Assembly (NCBI RefSeq): GCF_964213995.1 | Contig: NW_027590170.1 | Span: forward strand, 868,001 to 932,000 | DNA: 64,000 bases | DNA from: Mustelus asterias | Lineage: Eukaryota | Direction of reading: 5' to 3' | Shown here: positions 23,693 to 36,532 of the stretch, piece after piece | How positions within the stretch are numbered: position 1 is the first letter of the stretch | Layout: the number at the start of each line of letters is the position of its first letter | Notes under the pieces: generated by a model | Database searches by the model: none | What the model saw: the letters and a program-made list of their open reading frames with translations, nothing else | Told to the model about the DNA's origin: nothing | Made by a program: the position numbers and the translations under genes

Positions 23693-26055
23693 AACATAGA
23701 AACATAGAAAAACTACAGCACAAACAGGCCCTTCGGCCCACAAGTTGTGCCGAACACATCCCTACCTTCTCGACCTACATATAACCCTCCATCCTATTAC
23801 GCTCCATGTATTCATCCATGAGTCTCTTAAAAGAACCTATTGAGTTCGCCTCCACCACCACTGACGGCAGCCGATTCCACTCGCCCACCACCCTCTGTGT
23901 GAAAAACTTAGCCCTAACATCTCCCCTGTACCTACCCCCCAGCACCTTAAACCTGTGTCCTCTCGTAGCAGACATTTCCACCCTGGGAAAAAGCCTCTGA
24001 GAGTCCACCCGATGTATGCCTCTCAACATCTCGTACACCTCTATTAGGTCTCCTCTCATCCTTCGTCTTTCCAAGGAGAAAAGACCGAGCTCCCTCAGCC
24101 TATCCTCATAAGGCATGCCACTCAATCCAGGCAACATCCTTGTAAATCTCCTATGCACCCTTTCAATCTTTTCCGCATCCTTCCTATAGTGAGGCGACCA
24201 GAACTGAGCACAGTACTCCAAGTGGGGTCTGACGAGGGTCTTATATAGCTGCATCTTTATCCCGGGCTCCTAAACTCAATCCCTCAATTGATAAAGGCCA
24301 GCACACCATACGCCTTCTTAACCACCTCCTCCACCTGCGGGGCCGATTTCAGAGTCCTATGGACCCGGACCCCAAGGTCCTTCTGATCCTCGACAGTACT
24401 AAGAGTCTTTCCCTTTATATTGTACTCCTTCATCCCATTTGACCTACCAAAATGGACCACGACGCATTTATCTGGGTTGAAGTCCATCTGCCACTTGTCC
24501 ACCCAGTCTTGCATCCTATCTATGTCCCTCTGTAACTTCTGACATCCCTCCAGACTATCCACAACCCCACCAACCTTCGTGTCGGCGGCAAACGTACTAA
24601 CCCATCCCTCCGCTTCCTCATCCAGGTCATTTATGAAAATGACAAACAGCAAGGGTCCCAGAACAGATCCCTGGGGCACACCACTGGTGACCGACATCCA
24701 TTTAGAAAAAGACCCATCTATACCCACTCTCTGCCTCCTTTGGGCAAGCCAGTTCTGGATCCACCAGGCAGCAGCCCCTTGGATCCCATGCCCTCTCACT
24801 TTTTCTAGAAGCCTTGCATGGGGGACCTTATCGAACGCCTTGCTAAAATCCATATAAACCACATCTACCACCTTCCCTTCGTCAATGCGTTTAGTCACAT
24901 TTCCGAAGAACTCCAGGCTCGTAAGGCAAGATCTGCCCTTGACAAAGCCATGCTGAGTATTCTTGAGCATACTAAACCTCTCTAAATGCTCATATATCCT
25001 GTCCCTCAGGATCTTCTCCATCAGTTTATCAACCACTGAGGTTAGACTCACCGGTTTGTAATTACCTGGGCTGTCCCTATTCTCCTTCTTGAAAATAGGA
25101 ACCACATCCGCAATCCTCCAATCCTCCGGCACCTCTCCCGTCTCCATCGACGACGCAAAGATCATCGCCAGAGGCTCTGCAATCAGTTCCCTCGCCTCCC
25201 ACAGTAACCTGGGGTACATACCATCCGGACCCGGTGATTTATCTATCTTGATGCCATTCAAAGATTCCAGCACAACCTCTTTCTTAAAGTTCACATACTC
25301 AATCCTTTCAGTCCACCGCACGCCCGCAGTCCATCCACCCAGGTCCTTCTCCTCTGTGAAAACCGAGGCAAAATACTCATTGAGCACCTCTGCGATTTCT
25401 ACTGGTTCTTTACAGACTTTCCCGCCTTCACCTTTTATAGGCCCTATTCCGTCACGTCTCACCCTTTTACTCTTCGCATATTTATAGAACGCCTTAGGGT
25501 TCTCCTTAATCCTACCTGCCAGGCCTTCTCGTGATCCCTTCTGGCTCTCCTAATTTTCTTCTTTAGTCCCTTCCTACAAGCCGTATACTCTTCTAAATCC
25601 CTATCTTCGCCAAGCTCTCTGAGCCTTTTGTACGCTTTCCTTTTCTTCTCGACTAGGTCCCGCAGAACTTTCGTGCACCACGGTTCCTTTAACCTACCAA
25701 CTCCTCCCTGTCTGCTCGGAACGTTGTCCTGTAGAACTCTAGACAGACATTCCTTGAAAAACTCTCTTCAGTACATTTCCCCGAGAATACCTCCTTCCAA
25801 TTTACTCCTCTAATTTGCTGTCTAATGTCCTCATATTTCCCCTTACTGCATATAAGCACTTTCCTAGCTTGCCTGATCCTCTCTTTTTCCAATGCAAGCC
25901 TAAAGGAGATAGAGTTCTGATCGCTATCCCTAAGATGCTCTCCCACTGAGAGATCTGACACCTGTCCAGGTTCATTGGTCAGTATTTGATCAAGTACAGC
26001 CTCTCCTCTTGTAGGCTTGTCCACATGCTGTGTCAGGAAACCCTCCTGAACCCTC
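23693..26055 (-). mobile_element. CR1 LINE, ~2.4 kb, 5'-truncated
   Basis: ORFs 24284-25462 (KSPGPDG, QHGF, DFSKAFDKV, GVPQGSVLGP) and 23775-24254; TSD CTGATTAGA at 23684-23692 and 26056-26064. Confidence 0.95.
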
Positions 26056-26944
26056 CTGATTAGAGACTGACAAATAAAAGCTTGGCTTCAAACAATTAAT
26101 ATAATTTTAAAAGGTTAACTTAAGTTATGAGTTTAATAACAAAATGTTGTCTCACATCACTGTCCTGTACAGAGAATAGATTTACAGTAGAAAAACAGAT
26201 AATAGCTGGACCATATTCATAATTCCATTAAATATTAATTGGAACAAAAACTCAACTCGATTTGATCATTACTTTTCAGTGTTGCAGATTACCTCAATCA
26301 CTTTTTTCTCATAAAGTTTATCATTTTTGTATATTCTATCCATCAACAAATGTATTTAAAACGCATTTTCGTAGATTGTACGAATCACCAGAGAAAATAT
26401 GAAAAAAACCAATGTTATTAAAGTTAGATAGTACTTTTACCGATCATATTGGAGTTTCAATATAGTAATCCAGGAAGTCCTAATTCAGGGACCAACTAAT
26501 GTTACTGCCCATCATGTTAGTGTGGTGTAATTTCAGACAGATTTGAAAAGTCCCAAAACGTTCCTTCGTAAATTCAACATGGAAAATAATCACTGAGAAT
26601 ATGATATATCAGCGCATTTAGAAACGTCGAGAGTTTACAAGTTTATGGATAAATCAAGCAGTCGAAGGTATGATTCATTTCAAATTGTTAAAATTAGATT
26701 CGACTTAATTAAATATATATTTAATATATATATGATAATTTGAAATTGGTTTTATAACAACGGCCAGGTGTCTTGTGAGTTTAATTAAACCTAATTGTTT
26801 CATGAAGTACAAAGCAAAAAACATTTTCGAATCATTAAACAGTGTTTTATTTTCATACTCTATAAATCAGGTATCAAGAAAATTAACCTCCAGCCTCTGA
26901 AGGAGGGCATTTATCTTCACTTGAAGTTAAAGGTTTTTTTAAAA

Positions 26945-27220
26945 CTTTATTTATTCGTCACGAGTAAGGCTTATATTAACACTGCAGTGAAGTTACAGTG
27001 ATAATTCCCCTAGTCGCCACACTCTGTCGCCTTTTCGGGTCAATGCACTTAACCAACACGCCTTTCAGATTGTGGGATTAAAATCGGAGCACCCGGAGGA
27101 AACCCACGCAGACACGGGGGGAACGTGCAAACTTCACACAGACAGTGACCCAAGCCAGGAAACTAACCCGGGTCCCTGGCACCGTGAGGCAGCACTGCTA
27201 CCCAATGTGCCACCGTGCCG
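26945..27220 (-). mobile_element. V-SINE variant with a non-CR1 3' tail
   Basis: 27060-27220 is the reverse complement of the V-SINE head/V-domain; the tail at 26945-27050 differs from the copy at 23258. Confidence 0.75.
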
Positions 27221-27224
27221 CTTG

Positions 27225-28485
27225 AAGAAGCTGACCAGGGTTAGTCAGCATGGCTCCGTCAGAAGAATGTCATGCCGATAGTATTTGATTAATTTTTTGA
27301 GCAGGTGAACAGGGTAGTGAAGCCGATGGAGTTTACATGGATTTCAGCAAAATCTTTGACAAGACCCCACATGGGAGATTTGTAATGAACGTAAATTCAC
27401 ATGGGATACGGGGTGATTCAATCAAGTGCATTCATATTTGACTCATTTGTCGGAGACAGAGGGCGATGACAGAAGGCTGCTGTAGTGATTGGAAGCCAAT
27501 GTCCAGTGGCGTATCACAGGGATCTACCTTGGGGTGCGTATGGTTCGTCACTTATATAAATGACATTGATGCCTATGTGGAGGGTACGATTAGTAAATTT
27601 GTGGATTAGACAAAGACTGGACAGGTGGTTAGCAGTGAGGCCTTGGGCTAGTTACCCTTGTGCTACAAGAAGATATAGATGGAATGGTCAAATGGGAAGA
27701 TAAGTGACAGATGAATTTTAACCATGCAAAGTGTGAGATGACACACTTTTGGAAGGAGTAATTTGACAAGAAAGCTTTCAATGAATGGTGGGACACAAGA
27801 ACGTTTGTCCACAAATCTCTGAAAGCAGAAGGGCATGTTAGTAGGGTGGTGAAAAACGCATATGGGACACTTACCTTTATCAGTCGAGGCATAGAGGACA
27901 AAAACAGGGAAGTCATGTTGGAGTTGTATAGAACTTTGGTGAGGCCACAGCTGGAGTGTTGTGTACAGTTGGGTCCCCACATTATCGGAAGGATGTGACT
28001 GCACTGGAGTGGGTGCAGAGGAGATTCACCAGGATGCTGCCTGGGATGGAGCATTTAAGTTATGAAGAGAGGTTGCGTCGGCTTGACTTGTTTACATTGG
28101 AGCAGAGAAGACTCAGGGGCGACCTGATCGAGTGTACAGGATTATGGGACATGGATAGAGTGGATAGGGAGCAGCTGCTCCCCTTAGTTGAAGGGTCAGT
28201 TACGAGGGACAGAGGTTCAAGGTGAGAAGCAGGAGGTTTAAGGGAACGTGAGGAAAAAGATTTTTACCCAGTGGGTGGTGATGGCCTGGAATTTGCTGCA
28301 TGGGAGTGTAGTAGAAGCAGATTGCCTCACATCCATTAAAAAACATCTGGATGAGCACTTGGCACATCTTGACATTCAGGGCCATGGGCCAAATTCTGAC
28401 AAATGGGATTAAGGGGGAGGTTAGGTGACCCTAATGTGTCGCTGCGGACTCGATGTGTCGAAGGGCCTCTTCTGTTCTCTATGAT
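27225..28485 (+). mobile_element. Old degenerate CR1 LINE
   Basis: Decayed RT motifs (YMDFSK, VRPQLE, RRFTRMLPG, RGDLIE). Confidence 0.85.
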
Positions 28486-29284
28486 TTGCTAATATGAGTG
28501 CGAATCAATTCAACATAACAGATCTTTCCCACTGGAGTAATATAATGTCATTTCAGTGAATGCAAAATTCCATCAGTTCGGGAGTATGTTTAAGTGCACC
28601 TCAATGAACTTAGAAACGAATGCATCCTTAAACAAACTGTGTTCAGCTCAAGAAAATGTCTCATCTTGGTACAAAGAAATCAATGCGAGTTTGAAATGAA
28701 TATCGTTTTAATTTCAAATAAATTATTCAATTATTGTGAACATAACTTGATTGTGTGGAGTTTGCACTTTCTCCCCATGTCTGGATGGGTTTCCTCCGGA
28801 TGCTCCTGTTTCAAATTAACTGGTCTATAATTTCTCAAGTTCTGCATTTCTCCGTTTTAAAATGTGGGCATTTTTCCATTTTCCTTTTATCGTGGGCAAC
28901 AGTCATTACAAAGGGATCAAATTGCAAAATAACGTGATGATGAGATTTATTGCACAAAGTCTAAACCACAGATGTGCATGGCTGCCCTTGACATAAAGAT
29001 GTGACTTGAAGGAGTGCGGCGTCAAGGAACCCGAGCAAAACTGCAGTCAGTGGAAATCAGGGGAATATACGTCTCAGGATGGAGGCAGACCGAGCAAAAA
29101 AATATAGCTTCAGTTGCTTGATGTCAATCAACTCAGGTTCCAGGACATCACTACAGGAGTTCCTCGGGACCTTCCGTCCATCATAGGGTCAGTAGGAGGG
29201 ATGTTCTCCAATGATTGTGCAATGTTCAGCATCATTTGCAAATGCAGAGACACTTGAAGCAGTCTATGGCTAAATGAAGCAAGG

Positions 29285-31656
29285 TAAGAAGTATCACAAC
29301 ACCAGGTTAAAGTCCAACAGGTTTATTTGGTAGCAAAAGCCACCAGCGTTCGGAGCGCTGCACCTTCATCAGGTGAGTGGGATTTCAGTTCACAAACAGG
29401 GCATATAAAGACAAACTCAATTTACAAAATAATGGTTGGAATGCGAGTCTTTGCAGATAATCAAATCTTAAAGGTACGGACTATGTGAGTGGAGAGAGGG
29501 TTAAGCACAGGAAAAGTTAGCTTAACGTCTGTAGTTGGGAAAATGCTGGAATCCATCATTAAAGAAGAAATAGCAGGCCATCTGGATAAGAATGGTTCGA
29601 TTAAGCAGACGCAACATGGATTCATGAGGGGAAAGTCGTGCTTGACGAACTTGTTGAATGTTTATGAAGATGTGACTATTGCGGTTGATGGAGGGGGCCC
29701 AGTGGATGCGGTGTTTTTGGATTTCCAAAAGGCATTTGATAAGGTGCCTCACAAAAGGTTGCTGAAGAAGATTGGGTCACACAGAGTTGGGGGTAGGGTG
29801 TTAGCGTGGATTGGGGATTGGCTATCCGACAGGAAGCAGAGAGTCGGAATAAATGGGTGCTTTTCTGCTTGGCAGATGGTAACTAGTGGCGTGCCGCAGG
29901 GATCGGTACTGGAGCCTCAACTATTTATCATTTATATAGACGATCTGGAGGAGGGGACTGAGTGTCGGGTAACAAAGTTTGCAGACGACACAAAGATAAG
30001 TGCAAAAGTGAATCGGCTGGAGGGCGTAGAAGGTCCGCAGAGAGATTAGGACAGGCTGAGAGAGGGGGCGAGGATCTGGCAGATGGAGTATAACGTTAAC
30101 AAATGTGAGGTTATTCATTTTGGAAGAAATAACAGCAAATTGGATTATTATCTAAATGGAAAGAAATTACAACATGCTGCTGTGCAGAGGGACCTGGGGG
30201 TCCTTGTGCATGAGACGCAAAAACCCAGTCTGCAGGTGCAACAGGTGATCAAGAAGGCAAATGGGATGTTGGCCTATATCGCAAGGGGGATAGAATATAA
30301 AAGCAGATATACTTGCTGCATCTGTACAGGGCATTGGTGACGTCGCAGCTGGAATACTGTGTGCAGTATTGGTCCCTTTATTTGCGGAAGGATATATTGG
30401 CCTTGGAGGGAGTGCAGAGAAGGTTCACCAGGTTGATACCAGAGATGAGGGGTTTTGATTATGAGGAGAGACTGACCAGATTGGGTTTGTATTCGTTGGA
30501 ATTTAGAAGGCTGAGGGGGCATCTTATAGAGACCTATAAGATAATGAAGGGGCTGGATAGGGTAGAGATGGAGAGATTCTTTCCACGTAGAAAGGAAACT
30601 GGAACTAGAGGGCACAGCCTCAAAATAAAGGGGGGTCAGTTTAGGACAGAGTTGAGGAGGAACTTCTTCTCTCAGAGGGTGGTGAATCTCTGGAATGGTG
30701 AAGTGGTGGAGGCTACCTCGTTGAATACGTTTAAATCACGGATAGATGGACTCCTGGTCGGTAAAGGAATTAGGGGTTATAGGGATCAGGCGGGTAAGTG
30801 GAACTGATCCGCTTCAGATCAGCCATGATCTTATTGAATGGCGGGGCAGGCTCGAGGGGCTAGATGGCCTACTCCTGCTCCTATTTCTTATGTTCTTATG
30901 TTCTCATGTTAAAGAGATGTGTATTGTCTCCAGCCAGGACAGTTAGTGAGATTTTGCAAACCCAGACAAGTCGTGGGGGTTACAGATAGTGTGACATAAA
31001 CTCAATATCCCGGTTAAGGCCGTCCTCATGTGTGCGGAACTTGGCTATCAGTCTCTGCTCAGCAACTCTGCATTGTCGTGTGTCGTGAAGGCCACCTTGG
31101 AGAACACTTACCGAAGATCAGAGGCCGAATGCCCGTGACTGCTGAAGTGTTCCCCAACAGGAAGAGAACACTCTTGCCTGGTGATTGTCGACCGGTGTTC
31201 ATTCATCCATTGTAGTAGCGTCTGCATGGTCTCCCCAATGTACCATGCCTTGGGACATCCTTTGCTGCAGCGTATCATGTAGCCAACGTTGGCGGAGTTG
31301 CAAGTCTATGTACCGTATACCTGGTGGATGGTGTTCTCACATGAGATGATGGCATCCGTATCGTTGGTCCGGCACGTCTTGCAGAATTTGCTGTGGCAGG
31401 GTTGTGTGGTGTCGTAGTCACTGTTCTCCTGAAGGCTGGGTAGTTTGCTGCGGACAATGGTCTGTTTGAGGTTCTGCGGTTGTTTGAAGGCAAGAAGTGG
31501 GGGTGTGGGGAATGATGAAGGATGACACCAGATTCCGGAGCAGCGCTCCGAAAGCTAATGGCGTTTGCTACCAAATAAACCTGTTCGACTTTAACCTGGT
31601 GTTGTGAGACTTCTCACTGTGTTTACCCAAGTCCAAAGCCGGAATCTCCACATCAC
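29285..31656 (-). mobile_element. Penelope-like (Neptune-type) retroelement with inverted pLTR termini, interrupted by a CR1
   Basis: Minus strand ~30980-31500 translates PLLAFKQPQNL...PCHSKFCKTC...NVGYMIRC...WYIGET...EH...VGEHF...AEQRLI...GLN (GIY-YIG endonuclease preceded by a Cys motif). Termini 29285-29375 and ~31538-31656 are inverted. 13-bp TSD AAATGAAGCAAGG at 29272-29284 and 31657-31669. Confidence 0.9.
29511..30907 (+). mobile_element. CR1 LINE nested in the Penelope-like element
   Basis: ORFs 29489-30049, 30083-30340 and 30313-30807 carry RT motifs; host sequence resumes (aagcacag|gttaaagagatgtg). Confidence 0.93.
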
Positions 31657-31809
31657 AAATGAAGCAAGGCCAGGCTTCGGCTGACAAGTGACAACTAGCA
31701 ATTCTACCTATTCTGTTGTAGAAAGTGTGGTTGATTGTGAAAAATATACGCAAATCCTCTTTACCTTGAACGCAACATACAACTTGCCTTCTTTACTCCG
31801 TCTTCTAAA

Positions 31810-32720
31810 TGCACACTTACTTCCAATGAACTGGGCTTTGTAGTTTTTTGAGGTCTTGGACAGAGCGCAGGCCATACAAATCTGTGATACAACTAGGAAG
31901 AATGCTTTCTACAGTGCATCTGTAAAAGTTGGTGAAAGTCGTAGCGGACATGCCAAATATCCGTAGTCTTTTACGAACGTTGAGGCGTTGGTGCTTTCTT
32001 AAATACAGCGTAGGCGTGGAAGGAGTGGGACAGGTTGCTGGTGATCTGGACACCTGAAAACATGAAGCTTTCGACAATTTCTGTTTCGTCCCCTTTGATA
32101 TAAGCAGGGGCATGTCCTTCACTATACTTCCTGAAGTCGATGACTATCTCCTTCGTTTTGTTGACATTGAGGGGGAGATTAGTATCGTCGCACCACTTCA
32201 TCAGATTCGCTATCTCATCCCTGTACTCTGTCTCGACATTGGTTGAGATCGAGCCCATTTCAGTGGTGTCATCAGCAAATTTGAAAATCGAGATGGAGGA
32301 GAATTCGGCCACACAGTCAGAAGCGTATAAGCAGTATACAGCAAGGAGCTGAGGAAGCAACCTCGTGGGACACTGCTGTTGAGGATGATCGTTGTGGTGG
32401 TGTTGTTGCCAATCCTTACTGATTGCGGTCTGTGGGTGAGGAAGTTCAGGATTCAGTCACAGACCGAAAAGCCGATCCCCAGGCCACGGAGTTTGGAGAA
32501 GAGTTTCCATAGGAATATTGTTATTGAAGGCTGAGATGTCTTCGATAAATTGGAGCCTGATATAGGTGTCGTTGTTATCTATCACTTCCAGGGTTGGGTT
32601 CAGGGCCAGGGAGATGGCATCTGCTATGGACCTGTTGCGGCGGTCGGCGAACTGTCGTGGATCCAGGCAATCTGGGAGGCCGGAATTGATTCTTGCAATG
32701 ACGAACCTTTTAATGTTAAT
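31810..32720 (-). mobile_element. Rex1/Babar-type LINE RT fragment
   Basis: LDPRQFA.RRNRS..DAI; KFADDTT; LNVNKTKEIVIDFRK; FYRCTVESIL. Confidence 0.85.
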
Positions 32721-33575
32721 TATAACCAGGGACTTACTGAAGTTGATAAAAAGCACATAACTTCTAATTTTCACTCATGTAATCTGCGTTTCATTATGAT
32801 GTAAGAGATATATTCGGGTTGCTCATCATTCAAAATTTCATCACATCAGCAAAGACAGTTTCATTCTAATTTGCTGCCATTCAGTGAGTGAGTTTCACAC
32901 GTTATCAACTTGCCTCGATGAGTGCAGCTCTAACAACGCTCAAGAAGCTGAGCATTATCTAGGCCGCTCCATTGGCAACCATTTCACAAATATTTTGTTC
33001 TTCCAGGCTGATGCATGGTGGTAGCCGTGTGTATCACCTGCAAGATGCGCAGCAGGAACTGACCAAGCCTCCTTCGACAAAACCTTCTAAACCCACGCCA
33101 ACTGCCCTCAGGAACGACAAGGGCAGGAGGAGGACCACCTCCTGGATGTTGCCTCCAAGCCACTCACCATCCTGACTTACAAATATATCGCTGATCCTTC
33201 ACTTCATCCCTAAGAACATTGTGGGTGGACATGGAGCACCTAGGCTCCATTGGATCGAGAAGGCTCTCCACCATTTTCTCAAGGGCATTGGGATGGGCAA
33301 TAAATGCTGGCCTCGCAAAACACGCCATATCCCATAGATGTTTCGGACCCTTTACTGGTAATAGCGTTGTGATACAGCGTTGGAAAGTGTATCCACTCTA
33401 TAAAGCGACTTTGAGTACTGACCAAGTTGGTTTTCCAATAAATATGGAACGTAAAAGTTGATAGAGGTTGATATTTCGCAGTTGATTTATTTTTATTTAG
33501 AGACTAAATGCTGAACATTGCTGTCCTGATTCTGAAGACGGAACTTGGGTTGATGTTCATTTCTTTCATGCACAG

Positions 33576-33884
33576 ATCCTCCCCGATATCCTGATGCCAC
33601 AGTGATGATACTGCCACCACCAATGGAACAGGTCTTACTGGAGGCGACCGTGACCTTAACCTGCGTAATTTCTGATGCTCCTTATGGAGTCAACGTGTCC
33701 TGGATTCGAGAAAAGAAGCGTCTGAAATCAGAGGTTGCCGAAACACCTGGAGAGGATCCTTTCAGCGTGGTCAGCAATTTAAACATCTCGACAGTAGCCT
33801 GGCAAAGTGGGGCTGAGTTTGATTGTGCGGTGAGCCATCCGGATCTGCCGTTTGATTTAAGCAATTTCATCCAGAAGAAAGAAG
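33576..33884 (+). CDS. IGHM: IgM heavy chain Cmu3 exon
   Basis: ag|[43 protein letters not shown]...[17 protein letters not shown]...KKE|gt: 309 nt, phase 1-1, open; closely matches shark IgM CH3 as recalled. Confidence 0.9.
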
Positions 33885-34367
33885 GTGCGAGGTGAGATTG
33901 GAGCAATAAAATGATGCCTGTGCCTCTCCCCTACGCTGGTGGAAAGAACATTGTTTTTTTTTGTTGTTTTAGTGAATCACAATGATAATTGATAATGCCA
34001 CGAACCAAAACCTTTGAATGTACAGGGCATAGATTTCAGGGAAAATTGTGCAAGGTAGCGAAAGAGAAAAAGAATACAAGGGTTGAATACTCGTCGAAAA
34101 AACTGTGGAGATTGACCACCAGCACAGAGCACTGGGGCGGAACGGCCTGCTTCTCTGCTGTCATTTCTATCCAACTTTCAAGTCCAACTCGCAGTTTTCG
34201 GAGAGAATGACGGCACTGGTCCGTACTCCGAGCAGGGTAAGAATGCAAAGGGGACAAGGAAAATATTCTACATTCAGGAGAACAAAGATTCTTCTCACAC
34301 TTGTCAACCTCTTTCACTACTTCTGGAATTCTCCAGTTTATTGACATTTATTTTGCATTTTCTGCAG

Positions 34368-34759
34368 ATCCAAATCCTCGTGCACCGTCCGTCTCTGTCC
34401 TCCTGCCCTCGGCAGAAGAAGTCTCCTCTCCGAGATTCGTCTACCTCAGTTGCTTTGTGAGAGGTTTCTCCCCACGAGAGACCTTTGTCAAGTGGACCGT
34501 CAATTGCCAGCCGGTGAATCCTGGGAACTACAGGAACAACCAGGTGATGGGGAAGAAGGGCAATAGCTCCTTCTTCATGTACAGCCTGTTATCCATTGCA
34601 GCGGAGGAGTGGGCCAGCGGCGCTTCTTACTCCTGTGTGGTGGGACATGAAGCCATCCCCTTGAAGATCATCAACAGAACAGTTGATAAATCCAGCGGTA
34701 AACCTAGTTTTGTGAACATTGCCCTTGCACTGACAGACATCATCAATTCATGTGAATGA
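34368..34759 (+). CDS. IGHM: IgM heavy chain Cmu4 exon plus secretory tailpiece
   Basis: ag|[20 protein letters not shown]...[15 protein letters not shown]...[59 protein letters not shown]. Internal TM-form donor G|GTAAAC and an AATAAA ~30 nt after the stop. Confidence 0.93.
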
Positions 34760-34897
34760 GAAACAGTCGGTTACATTTCAGCTCTTAAATAAACAGCAAT
34801 ATTAGGCCTTCCCTCAAACCCAAGTTTATTACACGGGCGTTGGCGTTCAATTCATGCTGCGTAATTTGTCAAAGAAAAAACTGTTTAGTAGGGAAGT

Positions 34898-35127
34898 ACC
34901 AGCTTCTTCACTTCTGCCATCAGACTTTTGAATGGACTAACTATGTATTAATCTGGTCTTTCTGGACGTCGTATCTCTGACTGTAACACTACATTCTGGA
35001 CCCATTCCTTCCCTTCTCCCCTTTGTGCTCTATGAACGGTATGCTTTATCTGTAAAGCGCGCAAGAAACAGTACTTTTCACTGCACACCAATAAATGTGA
35101 CAATAATATATCAAATCAAATCAAATC
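34898..35127 (+). mobile_element. Rex1/Babar 3' end fragment
   Basis: Homologous to 43710-43920; (aaatc)n tail. Confidence 0.75.
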
Positions 35128-36532
35128 GGAAATGTACCTGCACTGGCCCAAGTCTTACACCGAGCGCTCCCAATTCCGACACGCCACAAATGAGAGAAGT
35201 ATTGGATCTCATTCACTACATGGCTGCACGGAATAATTACCGTAGCTTTCCTCCTGTTGAAATCTGATCGTTTCTCATTGCTACCAAACGCATGTATGAA
35301 ATTGACATTCCTGTGTCTCTGGTCCGTTCGTTGTCCATCACCCTCCCTTTAGTTGCTCGCAGCCCATTGCCCCATGAGACTGGGAGGAGAGTTGCATTAT
35401 TTTCCTCACTGTTCACTTGATGTGATTGTATGTTAAGATCCTTCGGAATCATATCTACATCATAGATTTTATTTGAGCTTCTGTTGTAAATACTAATATA
35501 TTCTTGGCAACAAATCTCTTGTTACTTTGAGCCATATCGAGTACCCCTAGATTTATTTCAGCCCCCTAGTCTGGAATGGCACTTTCTGATTCTAATGATG
35601 GATCAATTTCTCTGCCGCATGGTTATGGTTTTCCACCGAATTGTACTTCGACAAAGCAAGTTATGAAGTGCATGTAACTGCATATTGGAACGTTCACTTC
35701 CCACTAAGCATTGTCAAGGTTATTTATGATTTCCTTGTATCCATCAAACCCCTGTTCAAGACAGTGGAGCTGGCAACATTGGGTGGAGTATTTCTTCGAG
35801 TTGGAAGGACCCTTTTGCAAGCATTTGTCTCTGAGTGCCCTGGAATCAATGTGAAAGGTCATGGACATGAAATATGAGTTTCAATGATCGATCCACAAAT
35901 GCTTCCAGACTTGCTATTTTTTTTCTCGCATTCTGGCCGACAGATGCAGAATTCTGATGAGCTTTAGATGACAAAATGAAATCAAATTTTCCATTTTGTG
36001 AGAATGAAGCATACTATCTAAATGACGAGATATTCCAGAGCTCTGAGGAGCAGAGGAATGTGAGTGTCCGAGTGCATGAATCACTAAAGGCTATTAGGCA
36101 GGTACATCAAATAATGAGGTAAACTAATAGATTGTTATCACTTGATGCGAGGGGAATTAAGTACAAAAGTACCACGATAATGTTTCAGCTCTGCAAGGCA
36201 CGAGTGAGACTATTTTGCTGTACAGTGTATGGTATTAGCAACTTTTTCAAAAAATCTGTAAATGTATTCAGAGAAAGTTTATCATTCTACTCCCTGGAAT
36301 GGGTGGGCTGTTTTATGAGGAAAGGTGAGATAGGGTAAACTCTATCTGTTGAAATTTAGAAGAGTGAGGGTTGACTTGACTAAATATATATAAGATCCCG
36401 AGGGGTCCTGACAGAGTGGATGTAGAGAGGATGTTTCCACTTGTTGCACACATAGGAACTAGGGTCCGTTGTTTAAAAGTAAGTGGTCACCCATTTAGAA
36501 CGGAGATGAGGTGAAATATTTTCACTCAGAGG

